NCBI RefSeq assembly: GCF_963921235.1
Contig: NC_086098.1
Coordinates: forward strand, 5,580,001-5,644,000
DNA from: Mobula hypostoma
Taxonomy: Eukaryota
Length of the DNA stretch: 64,000 bases
Direction of reading: 5' to 3'
Each line of letters opens with the position of its first letter. Within the stretch, counting starts at the first letter, position 1. The notes under the pieces are model-generated. The model was not told the origin of the DNA. It ran no database searches and was given only the letters and a program-made list of their open reading frames with translations. A program made the translations under genes and the position numbers. Below are positions 12,291 through 24,167 of the stretch, one piece after another.

Positions 12291-12617
12291 CATATTACAT
12301 ATTACTATTTAACTACTTATGGTTTTATTACTATTTAATTATTTATGGTGCAACTGTAACGAAAACCAATTTCCCCCAGGATCAATAAAATATAATTATG
12401 ACTATGACTAATACATGCTTTCAGGCTTTCGTATCTTCTGCCTGATTGATGAGAGCAGAAAAGAGAGTTTATGGGGAGTGATCTTTCATTATGTTATCTG
12501 ATAGTGTAGTGAGACCATGAGGATAGATACATTAGTACACGTGTATATGCAGTGTGTAGTGAGTGTGAGGATGGATACATTAGTATACGTGTATATGCAG
12601 TATGTAGTGAGTGTGAC

Positions 12618-12905
12618 AGGCATCTGTTAGTCACGTGAGACCATGGATTTACAGGTTTCCAGAGCTCAGGCCTGGGCAAGGTTGTATGAAAGACCGGCTG
12701 TTGCCCATGCTGCAAGTCTCCCCTCTCCATGCCACTGATGTTGTCCAAGGGAAGGGCAATAGTTCCCATACAGCTTGGCACCAGTGTCGTCGCAGAGCAA
12801 TGTGTGGTTAAGTGCCTTGCTCAAGGACACAACACACTGCCTCAGCTGAGGCTCGAACTAGCGACCTTCAGATCACTAGACCGATGCCTTAACCACTTGG
12901 CCATG
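12618..12905 (-). mobile_element. tRNA-head / RTE-tail SINE
   Basis: Reverse complement of the 22920-23228 family. Confidence 0.8.
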
Positions 12906-12939
12906 CATGTGGTCAAGTGGCTAAGGCGTTCATCCAGTG

Positions 12940-14145
12940 ATTTGAGGAAATAACAAGCAGGATAGACAAAGACAATTGGTGGATGTTGTGTACTTGGATT
13001 TTCAGAAGTTCTTTGAGAAGTTGCTGCACATGAGGCTGCTTAACAAGATAAGAGCCCGTGGTACTACTAGAATCTACCATGGATAGAAGATTGGCTGACT
13101 GGCAGGAGGTAAAGTGTAGGAATAAAGGGACCTTTTCTTGTTGGCTGCCAGTGACTAGTAGTGTTCCACAAGGCTTGGTATTTGGAGTGCTACTTTTCAC
13201 ATTCTATGTGAATGATTTGGGTGACTGTATTGATATCTTTGTGAAATGTTTGCAGCTGATAGGAGATAGGTGGAGGGGCAAGTACTGTTGAGGAAGCAGG
13301 GTATCTCTGCAGGAGTACTTAGATTCAGAGGAAGGGCAAAAAAGTGGCAGATGAAATAGGGATGTGTATGGCCATGCCCTTGGTAGAAGGAATAAAGATG
13401 TAGCCTATTTTCTAAAAGGGAAGAAAATTCAAAAATCAAAGGTGCAAAGGGATTTGACTCCTTGTGCAGGATTCCCTAACCTGCGGGTTAGTCAGTGGTA
13501 AGAAAGGTAAATGCAATGTTAGCATTCATTTCAAGAGAACTAGAACAGAAGAGCAAGGGTGAGGCTTTATAAGGCACTGGTCAGACCACACTTGGAGTAT
13601 TGTGAGCAGCTTTGGGCCTCTTATCTGAGAAAAGATGTGCTGGCATTGGAGAGGGTCTGAGGAGGTTCACGAGAATCATTCCAGTAAATGAAAGGGTTAA
13701 CATATGAAGAGCATTTGATGTCTCTGGGCCTGTATTCAATGGAGTTTAGAAGAATAAGGAGGGGGAGGGTGTAGGATTTCATTAAAACCTATCGAATATT
13801 AAAAGGTGTGGATAGGGTAGACGTGGGGAGCATGTTTCCTATTGTGGGCAATTCTAGGACCAGAAGACACAGCCTCCGATTAGAGGAATGTCCATTTAGA
13901 ATAGAGATGAGGAGAAATTTCTGTAGCCAGAGGGCAGTTAGCCTGTGGAATCCATTGCCACAGGCAGCTGTGGAGACCAAATCACTGAGTATATTTAAAG
14001 CAAAGGTTGTTAGGTTCTTGATTAGCCTGGGTGTCAAAGGTTATGGAGAGAAGGCAGAAGAATAGAGTTGCGAGGAACAATAAATCAGCCATGATGGAAT
14101 GTCAGAGCAGTCAAATGACTTAATTCTACTTCTATATCTTATGGT
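12940..14145 (+). mobile_element. Decayed CR1 RT fragment
   Basis: VDVVYLDFQK, VTSSVPQG and PHLEYCEQ motifs with frameshifts, followed by the CR1 tail. Confidence 0.85.
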
Positions 14146-14159
14146 CTTTTAGTGGAAAA

Positions 14160-14530
14160 GTGGGAAGTATAGACACAGTCCATGGAGGGAGGACTGATCC
14201 CTGTGATGTGCTGAGATGTATCCACAACTTCTTGCAGTTTCCTGTGGTCACATGCAATGCAATTGCCATACCAAGCTATTATGCATCCAGACAGATTACT
14301 TCCTATCTTGCATTGATAAAAATTGGTAAAGGTTGAAGAAGACATTTCAATTTTTTTAGCCTCCTGAGGAAGCAGGGGTATTAGTGATCTTTCTTGCTGT
14401 GACATCAATGTGATCAGACCAGGATAGTTCACACCTAGAAATCTGAAGCGCTCAACCCTCGTAATCTCAACACCATTAAGGTAGACAGGAGCATGTGTAT
14501 GCACCCCGCCCTTTCTGAAGTCAATAACCA
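14160..14530 (-). mobile_element. Rex1/Babar RT C-terminal fragment
   Basis: VERFRFLGV...FYQCKIGSNLSGCIIAWYGNC...RKLQEVV. Confidence 0.8.
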
Positions 14531-14898
14531 TCCACAGAGATGAGAAGGAATTCCTTCTGCCAGAGGTTGGTGAATTTGTAAAATTCATTGCCACAAGTAG
14601 CTGTGGAGGCCAGTCGTTGGGTATATTTGAAGCAGGAGGTTGTCAGGGTTACAGGGAGAAGGCAGGTGAATAGGGTTGTGAGGCCTCTGTTGGGCAGGGT
14701 TGACCATGGACGTTGCATCCTAGCTGTCTAGCTATGCAAGCCTGGGCAGTACAAGGCATTCCATTCTTCAGGTTCAAAGCTGCCTTGTTCATGTACTGGT
14801 TGCAGTGATCTGAGTTTCTGCAGGAGAAATGTTCATTTCTGGTTATGTTCACACCTAGGCCCGAAACATCAACTGTTTACTCTTTTCCACAGATGGTG

Positions 14899-15580
14899 TC
14901 TTCTTCTTCTTCATGTGCCTTGCGCGTTACATGCTTGGGTGATCATGACACTCCACATCGAACGATCCCTCGCAGAGTCAATGATATCTCGCACACTTAG
15001 ATCTGTTAGTTCTTTCTCAGTGTCCATATACTTTCTTCTTTGCCTTCTTCTACTGCGTTTCCCAGGCATACGACCTTGTAATGTAAGGCATTCTATTTCT
15101 CCCTTTCTGATGACATGGCCCAGGAATTTGAGTCCCATTTAATGTTCTCATTAAAGATTGTTTTGTATGGGCACATTGGAGTACTGTTTCATTAGTTACC
15201 CTATCTCTATATGATATTTTCAGCATTCTTCTAAGAAACCACATTTCTGTTGCTTCTAAGTTTCTTTGGAGTTCTGGTGTTATAGTCCATGTTTCAGAAG
15301 CATATAGCAAGATTGACCAGATGTAACATTTTAGTAGCCTAAGCCTTGTTGTCATAGAAATGTGTCTGTTGGTAAAAATGGGTTTCATTTTTTGGAAGGT
15401 GGTTTTGGCAATGGCAATTCTTCTTTTTATTTCTACTTTACTTCTAGCAGCTTGTGATGTAAAACTACCAAGGTAATTAAAGCTGTGTCTTTTGTTCAAT
15501 CCCTTGGTTACCGATGTACAATTGGCAGTTGGGAGTATCCTGCTGTTTCAATATTACCATACATTTGTTTTTTTTGTACA
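14899..15580 (-). mobile_element. RTE (BovB-like) LINE 3' fragment
   Basis: FNYLGS...EIKRRIAIAK...LLKCYIWSILLYASETWT...EMWFLRRMLKISYRDRVTNE...KFLGHVIRK; (AGA)n tail at 14899-14911. Confidence 0.9.
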
Positions 15581-16623
15581 GTAGTGTATATTCCTTGAGA
15601 AATGTTGTTTACAGTTGGGTTAGTCAAATTTTACTCAGCAGTTTATGAACACAAGAGATTCTGCAGATGAATTGAATTGACTTTATTTCCTACATCCTTC
15701 ACGTACATGAGGAGTAAATATCTTTATGTTACATCTCCATCGATGTGAAATGTGCAATTTATAGTAAATGTAATAAATAGTATGTACAACAGGACAGTCA
15801 ATATAACATAGAAATACAATTGTATCAGCATGAATTAATCAGCCTGGTGGAAGAAGCTGTCCCGGAGCCTGTTGGTTCTGACTTTAATGCTGCGATACTG
15901 TTTCCTGGATGAAAGGAACTGGAACAGTTTGTGATTGGAGTGCCTCGGGTCCCAATTAAGCCTTCGAGCCCTTGTTACGCACCTGTCTGTAAATGTCCTG
16001 AGTAGTGGGAAGTTCACATCTACAGACGTGCTGGGCTGTCCACACCACTCTCTGCAGAGTCCTGCGATTGTGCGGTTAAGGGAGGTACAGTTCCCATACC
16101 AGGCACTGATGCAGCCAGTCAAGATGCTCTCGATCGTGCCCCTGTAGAAAGTCCTTAGGATCTGGGGACTCATGACAAACTTCTTCAACCACCTGAGGTG
16201 AAAGAGGAGCTGTTGTGCTTTTTTCACCACATAGCCAGTACGTACAGACCACGTGAGATCTTCGGTGATGTGTATGCTGAGAAACTTAAAGCTGTTCACC
16301 CTCTCAACCTCAGATCCATTGATGTCAATAGGGGTTAGCTCATATCCATTCTTCCTGTAGCCCACAACTAGATCCTTTGTTTCTGTGACATTGAGGGAGA
16401 CACCACTGTCTCAGGGTGATGACTTCTTCCCTGTAGGCTGACTTGTTATTGTTTGAGAAAAGGCCAATCAATGTAGTATCATCAGCAAATTTAATTAGCA
16501 GATTGGCACAGACGGTAAAGGAGGGGCTCAGTACACAGCCCTGAGGGGCACCTGTGTTGAGGGTCAGAGGCACAGAGGTGAGGGAGTCCCCTCTTACCAC
16601 CTGCTGGTGATCTGACAGGAAGT

Positions 16624-17940
16624 TCTTGTAGGTGTTCTTGTGTATCAGTCACTGAAAGCAAGCATGCAAGTACAGCAGGCAGTGAAGAAAGCTAATGGCA
16701 TGCTGGCCTTCATAACAAGGGGAATTGAGTATAGGAGCAAAGAGGTCCTTCTGCAGCTGTACAGGGCCCTGGTGAGACCACACCTGGAGTACTGTGTGCA
16801 GTTTTGGTCTCCAAACTTGAGGAAGGACATTCTTGCTATTGAGGGAGTGCAGCATAGGTTCACAAGGTTAATTCCCGGGATGGCGGGACTGTCATATGTT
16901 GAAAGACTGGCGCGACTGGGCTTGTATACTCTGGAATTTAGAAGGCTGAAACATATTATTATATTATTATATTATATTATATTATATCTTATTGAAACAT
17001 ATAAGATTATTAAGGGATTGGACACGCTGGAGGCAGGAAGCATGTTCCCGTTGATGGGTGAGTCCAGAACCAGAGGCCACAGTTTAAGAATAAACATAGA
17101 AACATAGAAAATAAGTGCAGGAGTAGGCCATTCGGCCCTTCGAGCCTGCACCGCCATTTATTATGATCATGGCTGATCATCCAACTCAGAACCCCGCCCC
17201 AGCCTTCCCTCCATACCCCCTGACCCCTGTAGCCACAAGGGCCATATCTAACTCCCTCTTAAACATAGCCAATGAACTGGCCTCAACAGTTTGCTGTGGC
17301 AGAGAATTCCACAGATTCACCACTCTCTGTGTGAAGAAGTTTTTCCTAATCTCGGTCCTAAAAGGCTTCCCCTCTATCCTCAAACTGTGACCCCTCGTTC
17401 TGGACCTCCCCAACATCGGGAACAATCTTCCCGCATCTAGCCTGTCTAATCCCTTTAGGATCTTATACGTTTCAATCAGATCCCCCCTCAATCTTCTAAA
17501 TTCCAACGAGTACAAGCCCAGTTCATCCAGTCTTTCTTCATATGAAAGTCCTGCCATCCCAGGAATCAATCTAGTGAACCTTCTTTGTACTCCCTCTATG
17601 GCAAAGATGTCTTTCCTCAGATTAGGGGACCAAAACTGCACACGATACTCCAGGTGTGGTCTCACCAAGGGGTAGGCCATTTAGAACGGAGTTGAGGAAA
17701 AACTTTTTCACCCAGAGAGTGGTGGATATATGGAATGCTCTGCCCCAGAAGGCTGTGGAGGCCAAGTCTCTGGATGCTTTCAAGAAAGAGATGGATAGAG
17801 CTCTTAAAGATAGCAGAATCAAAGGTTATGGGGATAAGGCAGGAACTGGATACTGATAGTGGATGATCAGCCATGATCACAGTGAACGGCGGTGCTGGCT
17901 CAAAGGGCCAAATGGCCTACTCCTGCACCTATTGTCTATT
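16624..17940 (+). mobile_element. CR1 3' fragment inserted into the Rex1 element
   Basis: ORFs 16640-17107 and 17656-17856; aagt at 16620-16623 and 17941-17944. Confidence 0.85.
17094..17668 (-). mobile_element. Young CR1 3' fragment inserted into the preceding CR1
   Basis: ORF 17186-17680; host sequence agtttaagaataa|ggggtaggccatt rejoins. Confidence 0.9.
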
Positions 17941-18769
17941 AAGTCCCGGATCCAGCTGCACAAGGCAGGGTGAAGGCTGAGGTCTCTGAGCTTCTTGTCA
18001 CGCCTGGAGGGAATTATGGTGTTGAATTTTGTACCGTAGTCCAAGATCAGCATTCTCACATAGTGTCCCTCTTCTCCAGATGTGTAAGGACAGTATGTAG
18101 AGCAGTGGCTATTGCGTCATCTGTCGATTGGTTGTGTTGGTAGGTGAACTGTAAGGGGTCCAGTGTGGGTGGTAGCAAGCTGCAGATGTAGTCCTTGACC
18201 AGCCTGTCAAAGCTTGTCTTTATTATTGAGGTGAGTATTGACAGGATGCCAGTTGAGAAATGTTACCTTGGTCTTTTTAGGTGCAGGAACAATGATGGAT
18301 GTTTTGAAGCAGGAGGGCACTCTACACTGGGAGAGGGAGAGATTAAAAATGTCTGTAAACACACCTGCCAGTTGTGCCGCACACACTCTGAGTACCTGGG
18401 ATGCCGACCGGTCCCGCAGCCTTGCGACTGTCCACCTGTTGGAAACACCTGCGTACTTGAGCCTCAGCGATGACCAGGGTGCAGGTCACTTCAGCGGCTC
18501 TCCTCAGGGACCCAGTGTTGGAGACATTGAACCGAGCGTAAAAAAGATTTAGCTCACCTGAGAGAGAGGCAGTAATGTTGGCAGCACCATTGCGCTTAGC
18601 TTTGAAGTCTGCAATGGTGTGTAGACCTAGCTGCGTATATTGTTGGTGGAGAGTTGTGTCTGGACCTTGACCCTGTATTGTTGTTTTGCTGCTTTGATGA
18701 CTTTGCGTAGATCGTAGTTGCACTTCTTGAGTTCCTGTTGGTTACCGGCGGCGAAAGCTCTGCCTCACA

Positions 18770-19285
18770 TGGTAATGCTGGAAATCCAGAGCAACACAGA
18801 CAAAATGCTGGAGGAACTCTGCAGCTGAGGCAGAGAGGAACAAACAATAAACATTTCAGACCAAGATCCTTCATCAGGACTGGAAAGGAAGGGGGCAGAA
18901 GTCAGAATAAGAAGGTTGGGGGGAGAAAAAAGTACAAGCTGGCAGGTGATAGATGATGGTTCGGAGTGCTGGAAGATAGGTGGGAAGGAAAGCGGGTGGC
19001 GGACTGAAGGAGGAAGAGGTCAGATTCCAGGAGATGACAGGTGGAATCTGACAGGAGTGGAGAGAAGACCATGGGAGAATGAGAAGAGGAGAGGAACCAA
19101 AGGGAGATGATGGGCAAGTAAGGATAAGAAAAGGGGTAAGAGGGGAACCAGAATGGGGGCAATGGGGAAAAGAGAGAGAATGGAGAGGTGGGAGAAATGA
19201 CCAGGAGGTGGGGAGACTGTACTTCTTCCCATAGATGCTGTCTGGCCTGCTGCGTTCCACCAGCATTTTGTGTGTGTTGTTTCAA
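18770..19285 (-). mobile_element. Penelope-like family A 3'/pLTR fragment with an inverted terminal segment
   Basis: Purine-rich tract plus a decayed hammerhead (ccttcatcaggactg) and an inverted gatgctgtctggcctgctgcgttccaccagc segment. Confidence 0.75.
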
Positions 19286-19755
19286 CTATTGTGTTTTTTT
19301 AAAATTGAGTATTATATGTGATAGAATTGGTATTCAATATGAATGTAAATACACTTTATTTCAAAAAGTATCTAGTGCCTTCCCGGTGTATATGGCGAAT
19401 AAACTTTTCATGGGCTTCCAGCTGAGTACAGGTATTAATTTTAACCAACGTTTTGATGACAAACTCAACATCTTCATCCCCATTGTTCATCTCTCCTAAT
19501 TGGTTAGTGCTCATCCAATCAGGTTTCTGCTGTCCCACCTTGTTTACAATTAAATTCTCGTTCTTACCTCAAGCGAGACCTTCGTCTTTCTTAAAATTCT
19601 TTTCCTCAAAAGGAAAAGAATTCCTTCACTAGGCAATCCAAAAGCCATTGGCGTAGCACAATGGTTTTGTGCTGTTAAAGTCAATCCTGTGGTCACTGCA
19701 TATATGCAATGTTCTGCTACCACCAATTTCTCTGGGTAACTCGAATGGATAAACC

Positions 19756-20559
19756 GACCCGGCACTTATCCCTGTAAGCGCAAGTGCTACACCTGTCCCT
19801 ACACCTCCTCTCTTGCCACCATTCAAGGCCCCAAACTGTCCTTCCAGGTGAGGCGACACTTCCTTGTGGAGTCTGTTGGGGTCATCTATTGCATCCAGTG
19901 CTCCCGGTGCGGCTTCCTCTACATTGGTGAGACCCAACACAGATTGGGGGACCGCTTCGTCGAGCACCTCCGCTCCGTCCGCCACAACAGACAGAATCTC
20001 CCAGTAACCACCCACTTCAACTCTGCTTCCCATTCCCATTCAGATATGTCCATACATGGCCTCCTCTACTGCCATGATGAGACTAAACTCAGGTTGGAGG
20101 AGCAACGCCTCATATACCGTCTAGGTAGACTCCAGCCCCTTGGTATGAACATAGAATTCTCCAACTTCCGGTAATTCCCTCCCCGTCCCTTCCCCTATCC
20201 TATGTCACTCTGCCCCCTCCCCCAGCTGCCTATCACCTCCCTCATGGTTCCGCCTCCATTGTGTTTTCCCCTATTCTTTCTTCACCTTTCCTGCCTATCA
20301 CCTCCCTGCCTCCCCTCCCCCACCCCTTTATCTTTCCCCTTACTGGTTTTTCACCTGGAACCTACCAGCCTTCTCCTTCCCACCCTCCCCCCACCTTCTT
20401 TATAGGGCCTTTGCCCCTTCCCCCTACAGTCCTGACGAAGGGTTCCGGCCCGAAACGTCGACTGATCGTTTCCACGGATGCCGCACAACCTGCTGAGTTC
20501 CTCCAGCGTATTGTGAGTGTTGCTTTGACCCCAGCATCTGCAGAGTATTTTGTGTTTAC
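19756..20559 (+). mobile_element. Penelope-like family A 3' fragment with an open GIY-YIG domain
   Basis: ORF 19848-20174 GVIYCIQCSRCGFLYIGETQHRLGDRFVEHLRSV...GMN; 8-bp TSD GATAAACC at 19748-19755 and 20560-20567. Confidence 0.9.
20427..20464 (+). ncRNA. Minimal type I hammerhead ribozyme motif in a Penelope pLTR
   Basis: Stem I CAGTC/GACTG; core CTGACGA; stem II GGGT-TCCG-GCCC; GAAAC then a GTC cleavage triplet; palindromic ACGT stem III. Confidence 0.8.
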
Positions 20560-21187
20560 GATAAACCTTCTGTGCTTCTTGAAACGGGTTTCCACCGTGC
20601 ATCCCATCTGGCCGATATACGCTGCTCTGCATTCACAGGGAACCGTGCAGATGCCAGCCGTCCTGAGGCCCAGGTTATCTTGGAGCCGCATATGTCGTAA
20701 TTTGAGCTTCCTTCCGGGGTTGTGAATGGTATTAATCCAGTATTTATTCAGGATCCTGGCAATCCTTCCAGAAACAGTTAGAAATATTGGTATTTTTACA
20801 ATCATTATACAATTGTAAACAAGGTGGGAGAGTGGAATCATGATTGGATGAGGGATGGATAACAGGGGAATAAATACCACCGGACTAGACATGCCCAGGT
20901 ATCATTCCTGATGAAGATGGCAAAGTATCTCAAGGAAACATTCGTTAAAATCGATACCTGTACCCACTTGAATTTATTCGGCACTTTGTTTAATTTAAAT
21001 TAATTCAACAAAACCTGCAGGTCATAATACTACCAAGAGTTTATCATGACACACACACCTCTTCATTTGCCTTTTCTGAATAAGCACTTTTGGTCCATCC
21101 TGTGAACCAAGAATCCTTCGGGTCTGATCACTGTATCTGACGTGCTGGGAGTAAGCCATATCTCTGTTAAACATGGAATTGTAAATA

Positions 21188-21475
21188 AAGGCATTTGTTA
21201 GTCTTGCGAGACTATGGATCTGCGCCTGGAAAGTCTTCACTCTCCAGGGCGCAGGCCTGAGCAAGGTTGCACAGAAGACCAGTAGTTGCCCATGCTGCAA
21301 GTCTCCCCTCTCCACAACACCAATGTTGTCCAAGGGAAGGGCATTAGGACCCATATGGCACCAGTGTCGTCGCAGAGCAATGTGTGATTAAGTGCCTTGC
21401 TCAAGGACACAACATGTTCCCTCGGCTGAGGCTCGAACTCACGACCTTCAGGTAGCTAGTCCAATGCCTTAACCA
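21188..21475 (-). mobile_element. tRNA-head / RTE-tail SINE
   Basis: Reverse-complement copy of 22920-23228. Confidence 0.85.
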
Positions 21476-22669
21476 ACACACTTGTAATTGTAAGCAACAC
21501 ACAAACAGCTGGAGGAACTCAGCAGGCCAGGCAGCACCTATGGAAAAGAGTACAGTTGATGTTTCAGGCTGAGACCCTTTGACAGGACTCATGTTATATG
21601 GAATTGTAAGGTTCATTCCAGGACATGATTGCAAAAATGTCACAGAACGTACAATTGTTTTAATCTAATTATAAACAACCTCAGTTAGGTACACGGATGG
21701 TAGGGGTGTGGAGGGCAGGTCACTGGGAGTAGCCAGTATGCATGCTTTCAGCATGGACTAGATGGGCGAAGGGCCTGTTTCTGTTCTGTCCTTCTCTATG
21801 ATTCTATTAACCACAATTATGTAATTATACAGTTAGCAAAATACCAGTATCTAATTCCAGCATCTAATCCAATAAAAATGGAATTTGGAGTATGCCTGCA
21901 AGAAAATGAATTTCAGGATTGTATCTAGTAACATAGAAGTACTTTGATAATATAGTTACTTTGAACTGGTTTTAAATCCATTCTACTGCTCTCATCTCCC
22001 TGTTCCCATGCTAGTAATTGATCTTTACTACAAACTGTCGCACATCCCAGGCCATCCCTCACCCTCTGCAACACCAGAAGGATCTTGGAACCATTTGCAA
22101 TTGGAGGCAGCTGTACAGAGGGCAGACATGACTTGAGAAATTGCAAACAGAAAACCACCCGGGGCGTATCAAAGATTTATGACCAAGCATCTTGACTAAT
22201 CTTGAAGCTGAGGGATATTTCCCTAGGCCTGTTATTCTTTAAAGCCACTGTATCAATTCCAGAACCTCAGCATCGGTCCACAGATAAGACCATAAGACAT
22301 TTGAATTGTATTAGGCCATGCGGCCCTTCGAGTCTGCTCTGGCATTCCATAGACCATAGAACCAAAGAAACTACAGCACAGAAACAGGCATTTTGGCCCT
22401 TCTTGGCTGTGCCGAACCATTTTCTGCCTAGTCCCACTGACCTGCACACGGACCATATCCCTCCATACACCATCATGGATGAATTATTTTCCCTCTAATC
22501 CCCATTCTTCTGCCATCTCCCTGTAACCTTTCATGCCCTTACTAATCAAGAACCTGTCAACCTTTGCTTTAAATATACTCAGTGACTCAGCCACCACAGC
22601 TGTCTGTGACAATAAATTCCACAGATTCACCATGCTGTGGCTAAAGAAATTCATCCTCTCTGTCCTAAA

Positions 22670-22910
22670 GATAACTGGCTGGCCAGTGTTTTTGACTTAC
22701 ACTCCTAAATGGTGGAATTCAATACCTAAAACTGTAAGGGATGTAGACTCAGTTGACATTTTTATCAACACATTCTTTTGTGTTTTATTTTCATCTTTTA
22801 TTTGTATTTTTATTTTTTATTTTATTTTCATGTTTGCACTTTATCCCATTGCAAAGTACTTTGAATTACATGGTCTGTATGAAAAATGCACTATAAATAA
22901 GTTATTATTG
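22670..22910 (+). mobile_element. L2-type LINE 3' end
   Basis: TPKWWNSIPKTVRDVDSVDIF plus the tail gcaaagtactttgaattaca...tgtatgaaaaatgcactataaataag. Confidence 0.6.
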
Positions 22911-22919
22911 CTCTTATGT

Positions 22920-23228
22920 GGGCACGTGGCCAAGTGGTTAAGGCATTGGACTAGCGACCTGAAGGTCGTGAGTTCGAGCCCCAGCCGAGGGAACGTGTTG
23001 TGTCCTTGAGCAAGGCACTTAATCACACATTGCTCTGCCACGACACTGGTGCCAAGCTGTATGGGTCCTAATGCCCTTCCCTTGGACAACATCAGTGCCG
23101 TGGAGAGGGGAGACTTGCAGCATGGGCAACTGCTGGTCTTCTATACAACCTTGCCCAGGCCTGCACCCTGGAGAGTGAAGACTTTCCAGGCGCAGATCTG
23201 CAGTCTCGCAAAACTAACGGATGCCTTT
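22920..23228 (+). mobile_element. tRNA-derived SINE with RTE-derived body and tail
   Basis: Pol III box A TGGCCAAGTGG (22927-22937) and box B GAGTTCGAGCC (22970-22980); 3' half similar to the RTE non-autonomous elements at 8100-8558 and 35449-35995. Confidence 0.85.
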
Positions 23229-24167
23229 AAATTGCTCTTATTATTAAGCAATGACCTTGTGTTCTGGACAATGACTCCTGCACTATAGGTAACATGCCAA
23301 TGCCCAATTTCAGTGTGAGGAGAGCCAATATCAGCTTACAGAGACCTAATATAAACTACAGCAGAGTCAATATCAGGTCATATTCAGCCAAACTTCACTA
23401 AAGAGACCCAAAGACAACCCAGAGAGCTTCAACATCAGCACACAGAGACCCAGTACCAAACCGCAGACACCTGGTATTAGCCCACAGTCAATCTCAATCC
23501 ACAGAGACACAATATTTCCCAGAAGAGTCAGAGATCCACAAAACCCCAATCCTTTTTAGGATTCATCAACTACTGTAACAGCTTCCTGTCAAACCTGGCT
23601 CCTGTGGTCTCTCCTTGAACTCATTACTACAGATTAGGAAGACATGGCAATGGACAAAGCAGCGTAAGGTGGCTTTCCAAAAGACAAAGGAAGTGGTGAT
23701 TTCAAACTCTGTACTCACGTTATGATCCGCATCATCCATTGAGGTTTGTCTGTGACCCCTTGTCTTATGGTATAGGTGCAATCATGTCCCATGTTACGAG
23801 CGATGGAAATGAACGCCCCATAACCTTAGCATCATGTTTCCTTACCACTGCAGTGACTGACAGACAGTCCTTAAATCTTCTTTGGAAGACTCTCATTACT
23901 GACCATCAACCGCACTTGTCCATTTTCAATCCACAGTAGGGTCTTTCACTAACATCAATGGCATGTCTGCAGAGAAGGACTCTGTTTCTCGGAGGACACA
24001 ATTGCAAGATCGAATTCAAGAGGACAACTAATCATGAAAATGCTGATGGAAAGTCCCATTTATCTTTGGAAAAGGGAATTAACTGAAAAATTTACAAAAA
24101 GGGATACTCCTATGGACATATTCTCCCTAATACAAATCAAAAATCTCCCTATTGCAGCAGAGATGAT

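Larger units (their letters stand above)
15670..18735 (-). mobile_element. Rex1/Babar LINE, split by nested CR1 insertions
   Basis: [29 protein letters not shown] and KKAQQLLFHLR...ESILTGCISAWYGNC motifs; rejoins across 16624-17940. Confidence 0.85.
19376..20980 (-). mobile_element. Penelope-like family B element with GIY-YIG endonuclease and inverted pLTR segment
   Basis: AGICTVPCECRAAYIGQMGCTVETRFKKHRRFI|HSSYPEKLVVAEHC; 19376-19550 is repeated in inverted orientation at about 20810-20980. Confidence 0.8.

Noticed and set aside
12500..12617. ~49-bp tandem duplication, GT-rich
   Set aside because: Two-copy low-complexity duplication beside a SINE tail; no sign of function
14680..14757. Apparent HDV-like pattern on the plus strand (gcatcc...tgcaagcctgggc)
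   Set aside because: This is the antisense of the RTE-type element's 3' end, and P1 and P2 do not pair convincingly
22920..22990. tRNA-like sequence
   Set aside because: It is the head of a multi-copy SINE and continues directly into the SINE body
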